The translations under genes were made by a program, and so were the position numbers. Below the pieces are notes generated by a model that saw only the letters and a program-made list of their open reading frames with translations, searched no databases and was not told the DNA's origin. This document shows positions 57,869 to 64,000 of a stretch of 64,000 bases of DNA, in pieces (position 1 is the stretch's first letter; each line of letters begins with the position of its first letter). The stretch is from Macrostomum hystrix (taxonomy: Eukaryota > Animalia > Platyhelminthes), in the NCBI GenBank assembly GCA_950097015.1, contig CATNEN010000007.1, forward strand, positions 2,418,001-2,482,000, written 5' to 3'.

Positions 57869-60115
57869 TAATTGCATCGAATCATTTGCAAAGCCGCGAA
57901 CCGAACGCTGACGCTGCTGGACATGTCGTGGAACCACATCCGCCTCAGTGGAGCGGTCTGCCTCTGCGACTCACTGAGGGTGAACCGCAGTCTGCGGACG
58001 GCCCTTCTAGGATGGAACGGTCTCCATATTCAGGGCTGCAGGTCGTTGGCAAAGTCGCTGGCAGTGAACGAGACTCTGCAACAGTTGGACCTCTCCTGCA
58101 ACCGCATCGACATCAAATGCCTGGAGTTCCTGTTCAAAGGCCTGAAAGCGAACAAGTCGCTGAAGCGTCTTCGAATTAGCCAAAATCCGCTGACGGCGCA
58201 GAACATCAAGGTGTTCCTCACCAAGGTGGAGGAGCAGCGGTTCAACCTTGAGGAGTTGGACGTGACGGTAAGTCAGTCTTTTCTGATTCTTGTCTTTTCA
58301 CATAAGCCTTCTCTCCTTTGCTGCTCCCCAAAATCGCAGCGGAATCTAGCTCAGAGACCTTGATAGCAAAGGCAAGCGTGCAAGCCGCTTTGCAACTCAC
58401 CCACTCAATGCTACTCATAGTGGATGATAGTAGCTACGCTCGTACATTGGAATTTAGATTTGTTCAAACTGCAAATTTTAAATCCATAGACAATAGGTCA
58501 AGGACACTATTTGCTTTCATTTCGCAAAGAATCGAACTCGTGATCTCTCAGCCAGAAGTATAAAGCTTTAATCGCAGGACAACAACCATCCGCTAGAGAA
58601 ATGATAAAAAATGCCATCTAACCCGCTGGTTATCCAGCTATTTTGTGCAAGAGCTCAACTCTGTTCCCTCCATTTCTCCGAACTTCTCCAGGGTCTGACG
58701 GTGGATCCACAGAGTGTCGCCATCGCTGAAAGGATCGGACAGTCAAGGAAGTTTGCCATCATCTACGGTGTCCTGCTGAAGCAGGAGACTCGGGCTGAAG
58801 ATGACGACCTGTTCCTGAATGACGATCCGATGATGGTGAGTTTCCCAACGTTGCATCACATCCTTGATGTTGTACATCCCCGATGTTTCACATCCCAAAT
58901 TCACTAATATTGCCTTGCCATTGTCATGTCAGGTTCTGATGGAGTTCATGAAGCTGAAAAACATGCGCCTAGTCGATCTCTTCCTTAGTCTGGACGCCGA
59001 CGGCAGCAAGTCTTTGTCGCACAAAGAGTTTAAAGAGGGCCTGGAGGTAAGGAAGCATGCAAGGAATTTGATTAACCAATGATTTTCTATCCTTTTTGCA
59101 ACGAGTAATGGATTTTTTTTATATCTTCCAAAGAAAATGCAGATTGGTTTTAAACATGATACCTTTCTTAGAGGTTTTGAAGGTTAAAGACCACTCTAAT
59201 CTTTCCCCTGGGGAAATTCCACGCGGGTATTTCAAATACCCACTGCCTACTTCACGACAGCTCCCAAACCCATGACCGATTTTAGTGAAAGTCCACCATC
59301 TGAATTACAACTTTCCGCCATTTACGATGAACCAACTTTCAAAGCCGTCCGACGTCAGTATCGTCAAGATATTCAGCGATTCTTGCCAGAGTCCCTGGTG
59401 ACAAGGACAACTGACATTGCTCTGCATGAACCTCTATGGCGAATCACTACCGGTTCAAAAATGAAAAATAAACAATTTAATCAATCCAAAATAGTTAACA
59501 ACAATAGCCGACATGGTTCCATGAGGAAATTTAGTGAGCAGAAAAATTGTCCCTATATTGGTGGTTTTTGCCACCAGACATCCCGACGAGAATCGTTGAA
59601 TATCCCGACGATGCAGATGTTTTGTGATTCTGAAAGTTGGAAACTTTTAGCTCGAGTTCAGAATTTTCCTGGTGATTGGGTGAATATTTTGAGAGACAGA
59701 AAAAAAAGCTGAAAATGTTGGGTATTTGCAATAGCCCGTGGTCTTTCCACTGTTCAACGTCTGAACCAGTTCGACTTCTCTCCAAAAACTCGCCGACTGA
59801 CAGGTAGTCGGTGTGCCAATGTCGCCGCTGTGCGTCCAACGCCTTGTCCGCGTGCTGGACCGCGACGGCGACGGCGAGATCGACTACTCGGAGCTGATCG
59901 GCGGCCAGCGCGAGCACCGGCGGCGCCTGATGAAGATTCAGGCCATGGAGCGCAATGTGCCGTACGAGGAGACCGAGCTGGGCTCCATCAACCTCAAGCT
60001 GCGAAGACTGCTGGCCAAGCGGGAGCGGGCAGTCAAGGAAGCCCGAGCCGCTGAAACCGCTGCCGCCGCTGCTGCGGGAACCTTCGGATCTGCCAGCGTC
60101 ACCACGGCAGCAACT

Positions 60116-60147
<32 letters not shown>

Positions 60148-60247
60148 TGCCGGCAGCATCCGCAGACAGGCGCCGCAGTCCTCAGGACCGCGCATCCTTG
60201 ATGTGGCTTTGAAGGCTTTCACCGACTCGCACCAGGCTGAGGCTTAG
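54208..60247 (+). CDS. Leucine-rich-repeat (ribonuclease-inhibitor-like) protein with two C-terminal EF-hands, LRRC74-like, about 665 aa, 10 exons
   Basis: Exons 54208-54463, 55253-55584, 56648-56755, 57200-57293, 57467-57516, 57726-57807, 57894-58267, 58692-58835, 58933-59046 and 59804-60247 are all GT-AG and phase-compatible (1998 nt). LxxLxLxxNxI repeats (LTLLDMSWNHI, LQQLDLSCNRI); EF loops DADGSKSLSHKEF and DRDGDGEIDYSEL. The 5' exons are less certain. Confidence 0.87.
55741..56005 (+). mobile_element. CORE-type SINE family B, diverged copy in LRR-gene intron 2
   Basis: gcgtcggactcatgacttgaagaaggtcgggggttcgattcccgactc head (CAT anticodon-like), then ccttta-gcaag...tcagttcatccaactgttaaatagg and an ATT-rich tail. 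Confidence 0.8.
57826..57868. repeat. (GACA)n microsatellite in an LRR-gene intron
   Basis: Directly visible. Confidence 0.95.
59205..59752. mobile_element. MITE-like element with imperfect ~35-bp TIRs in LRR-gene intron 9
   Basis: ctggggaaattccacgcgggtatttcaaataccca versus the reverse complement of the right end, cagtggaaagaccacgggctattgcaaataccca. Relatives at 26289 and 8853. Confidence 0.65.
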
Positions 60248-60589
60248 AGCTTCAGAAGCCATCGATCGAGTTGACTATTATCGGTTTTCAACTGATTTCC
60301 CTCTGATTTGTGACGAATTTTCCTATCCAAATAACAGCGATACAATCATAGCTCGTATATTTGGCTGCGGGAATTGGAGATGAATTTAAGAATTAGTTTC
60401 ATCCAAGGATTGTATTCCTTACAGCGAGTTTTTTAACTGACTGACAAACTGACTGCGAGTACTTTTAGACAGTTATTAGAACTCGTATCTAGCAAAAATG
60501 CATAGCTAAAGAAAAATCGGAGTCATCCTTTTTGTAGATTTAGAATGTCCGAAAAACTGTGTGAGTTACTTGTCCCTGACACTCTTCTT

Positions 60590-61862
60590 TGACACTCTAG
60601 TCCCAAACACTCTAGCCCCTGACACTCTAGTCCCTGACACTCTAGCCCCTGACACTCTAGTCCCTGCCACTCTAGTCCCTGACACTCTAGTCCCTGGCTC
60701 TCTAGTCCCAGCCACTCTAGTCACTGACTCTCTAGTCCCTGACACTCTAGTCCCTGAAACTCTAATCCTTGCCACTCTAGTTCCTGGCTCTCTAATCCCT
60801 GACACTCTAGTTCCTGGCTCTCTAATCCCTGACACTCTAGTCCCTGACACTCTAGTCCCTGACTCTCTAGTCCCTGACACTCTAGTCACTGACACTCTAG
60901 TCCCTGGCTCTCTAATCCCTGACACTCTAGTCCCTGGCTCTCTAATCCCTGACCCTCTAGTCCCTGACACTCTAGTCACAGACACTCTAGTCCCTGACTC
61001 TCTAGTCACTGACACTCTAGTCACTGATACTCTAGTCCCTGACACTCTAGTCCCTGACACTCTAATCCCTGCCACTCTAGTCCCTGACTCTCTAGTCCCT
61101 GACACTCTAGTCCCTGACTCTCTAGTCCCTGGCTCTCTAATCCCTGACACTCTAGTCCCTGACACTCTAGTCCCTGACACTCTAGTCCCTGCCACTCTAG
61201 TCACTGACACTCTAGTTCCTGGCTCTCTAATCCCTGACACTCTAGTCCCTGACTCTCTAGTCCCTGACACTCTAGTCACTGACACTCTAGTCCTTGACTT
61301 TCTAGTCACTGACACTCTAGTCACTGACACTCTAGTCGCTGACACTCTAGTCCCTGGCTCTCTAGTCCCTGACACTCTAGTCACAGACACTCTAGTCCCT
61401 GACTCTCTAGTCACTGACACTCTAGTCACTGATACTCTAGTCCCTGACACTCTAGTCCCTGACACTCTAATCCCTGCCACTCTAGTCCCTGACTCTCTAG
61501 TCCCTGACACTCTAGTCCCTGACTCTCTAGTCCCTGACTCTCTAATCCCTGACACTCTAGTCCCTGAAACTCTAATCCCTGCCACTCTAGTTCCTGGCTC
61601 TCTAATCCCTGACACTCTAGTTCCTGGCTCTCTAATCCCTGACTCTCTAGTCCCTGACACTCTAGTCACTGACACTCTAGTCCTTGACTTTCTAGTCACT
61701 GACACTCTAGTCACTGACACTCTAGTCCCTGGCTCTCTTGTCCTTGACACTCTAGTCGCTGACACTCTAGTCCCTGACTCTCTAGTCCCTGACTCTCTAG
61801 TCCCTGACTCTCTAGTCCCTGACTCTCTAGTCCCTGACTCTCTAGTCCCTGACTCTCTAGTC
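60590..61862. repeat. 15-bp minisatellite GACACTCTAGTCCCT
   Basis: About 85 units; source of the 476-aa and 436-aa low-complexity ORFs. Confidence 0.96.
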
Positions 61863-62679
61863 GCTTCAAACTTCATAATGAAAATGCACTCCGCCCTTAT
61901 ATTTGTAATGCAGCATGTAATGCAGTTTGCCTTCTATTGTCATACCTCCCCTCGGAAGCTGCTTTTCCGCGTCAATAGGCATTGCGGATAAGACATTCTG
62001 GCTGTAGGCTGCGGGCAGGTGTTTCAGAGCCTACCTTGCACCCCGACTCACTTCACAAATAGATTTTTTTGATATACGCATCGAAACACTACACTCAACT
62101 CAAGTTGGTGTCATTGTCTGAATTCACGCCCGAGCAGTTCTGAGTCCCTGTGAGTACGCGTCAAACAATGGGAGAATTGAGAGGTGTTGGCGACACATTG
62201 AGCGCAACCCACGCACCATTGAAGCCATGTGAGTTCAAGACTCAAATATTGAAACTGTCTGTTTGCTGCATTTCATAAATTGACACTGGCCCCCATAACT
62301 GGATGAAGCTGGGAATAGAGTCTGTATTTTTCCATTATTTTTTACCTCTGGCTGCTGATATCAATTTGAGAGATGGGGACAGAAAAACAGCCACCCATTA
62401 TGGGCCTCTGTAAACGGCTGCCATTCTCTCATTTCAGAACGAGGCCTTCCAGAACTATTAGCGAGTGATAAGCGAAATAACTGAGAAAGGCTTTTAGCGA
62501 TATTTCGCATACCTGAGTAATCAACACAGCGTTTCTGAGCTCCAAGCAGTTCTAATTTAGCTGCCATTGCTGCTCGATATTTACAGGACGACAAGCTCAA
62601 CTCAGACCCCCGCGAGGGATACTTAAGCGACAGGATGGCAGGTTTTTAGAACGTCTGGGCTATTTTTAGAACGGCCTGA

Positions 62680-62880
62680 CAGGGAGTTGCAGGGATCGGG
62701 CAGGGAGTTGCAGGGATCGGGAAGGGAGTTGCAGGGATCGGGCAGGGAGTTGCAGGGATCGGGCAGGGAGTTGCAAGTATTGGGCAGTGATTTGCAGGGA
62801 TAGGGCAGGGAGTTGCAGGGATCTGGCAGGGAGTTGCAGGGATCCGGCAGGGAGTTGCAGGCACATGACAGGAACCGGCA
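62680..62880. repeat. 21-bp minisatellite GCAGGGAGTTGCAGGGATCGG
   Basis: About 9 imperfect units. Confidence 0.9.
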
Positions 62881-63354
62881 GGGTTCGGGCAGGGAGTTGG
62901 AGCGTACTCAAAGTACTAAACCTACGTTTGTCTGACTATTTTATATGAATTTTTATTGCTGAAGGGCTTGTTGTAAAACTTAAATGCGGTGTCAAATTAA
63001 AAGCAAAATATCAATTCGTTTGAAACAGATTTCACCCTAGCTTAATCTCATGCAGATTGCGAGAAAAGCGAAACAAAATGTACAGGGCGTCTCCAAAATG
63101 CAGGCTTTTGAATTGCCTCTCCTCAAAAAGGCCGATTTTTCTAAGAATCGAGCCGAGAATTCTAATAAAATTAGGCTGCTGGGTGACAAGCCAACAATAA
63201 TTTCTGAAAAGGCATTTTAGCACCTCAGCCTGCATCAGGGTCGAGCACTTTAACAAATTCCATCCACCAATCATGGAATCTGCAAAATCCGACTTAAAAT
63301 TTGACATTTGGCGCTTTGTGGGACACAATTTTGTCCCTGCACTTTTAGGGTTTA

Positions 63355-63521
63355 ATGGATGACGCACTGAAGGATCTCAGGGTTATTGCTGATGCACTGA
63401 AGAAACACAGTTCAAAGGACTCCGAAACGGATGGCCAAATTTGTGAGCAGTTTACTCAGCACCAAATGACGTGCTGGAAAGCGACAAGAAAAAAGTTTAC
63501 TGGCCCAGATACCAACCGTCG
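63355..63521 (+). CDS. Possible coding exon of an unidentified gene continuing beyond the window
   Basis: cttttag acceptor, open frame MDDALKDLRVIADALKKH...GPDTNR, then a gtaaga donor. No recognisable motif. Confidence 0.3.
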
Positions 63522-63574
63522 GTAAGAATTGAAACAAAGAATACAATCGTGAGACTTTATAAAAACATAAATCT

Positions 63575-63735
<161 letters not shown>

Positions 63736-64000
63736 GCACTTTTATTAATCTGCTGTCCTGACATGTTAATTAGTGCGTATGGCAGCTTTGACAGCTGGTT
63801 AATTGAAAAGTTATTGGTGCAGCAATGACCTATAGAATGGAATGGACAATCGGAATGGACAGCTTCAGGGTATTGTGAGCCAAATAAAGGGAAATAGTTG
63901 TATTTTATTATAATGAACTTTTAGTAATGAGCTAGAAACAGACTCCGATTGTTTGACAGTTGTCGAAATAACAAAACATAGTCTCATTGTGATGAAAATG

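Noticed and set aside
60561-61991. 476-aa (PDTLV)n and 436-aa (GTRVS)n ORFs
   Set aside because: Both strands are open because of a stop-free 15-bp unit; there are no coding-like unique flanks or splice support.

Overview
Repeat-rich eukaryotic genomic DNA, most likely from an invertebrate animal. It has GC-rich exons, GT-AG introns, AT-rich intergenic DNA, tRNA-derived SINEs and many minisatellites. There are no prokaryotic operons, rRNA genes or CRISPR arrays. Host genes: a 3-exon single-LIM protein of Mlp60A/CRP type (4510-6008, +); three intronless paralogous small Cys-rich proteins sharing a CxxC...PIVYGxP...LGGCC...HCxxC motif (7754-9960, -); a complete 4-exon acylamino-acid-releasing enzyme (APEH, 11654-16131, -); two possible Pro-rich repeat proteins (27.7-32.2 kb); a disrupted ankyrin-repeat gene (49.2-50.8 kb); and a 10-exon LRR plus EF-hand gene of LRRC74 type (54208-60247, +). 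A 9.5-kb satellite of 30/32-bp units starts about 120 bp upstream of the APEH start codon. At 38669-48933 three transposons are nested. The outer one has ~160-bp terminal inverted repeats (TIRs), a 7-bp target-site duplication (TSD) and a spliced, degenerate gene resembling the CxC cluster of KDZ transposases. The middle one has 15-bp TIRs and an 8-bp TSD and splits that gene's exon. The inner one is a young Ty3/gypsy retrotransposon with a GGGAAAC -1 frameshift site and a 3' deletion. The best novelty candidates are the small Cys-rich gene trio (possibly of bacterial origin and possibly co-transcribed with APEH) and the KDZ-like element. All family assignments come from motif reading and recall; no database searches were run.
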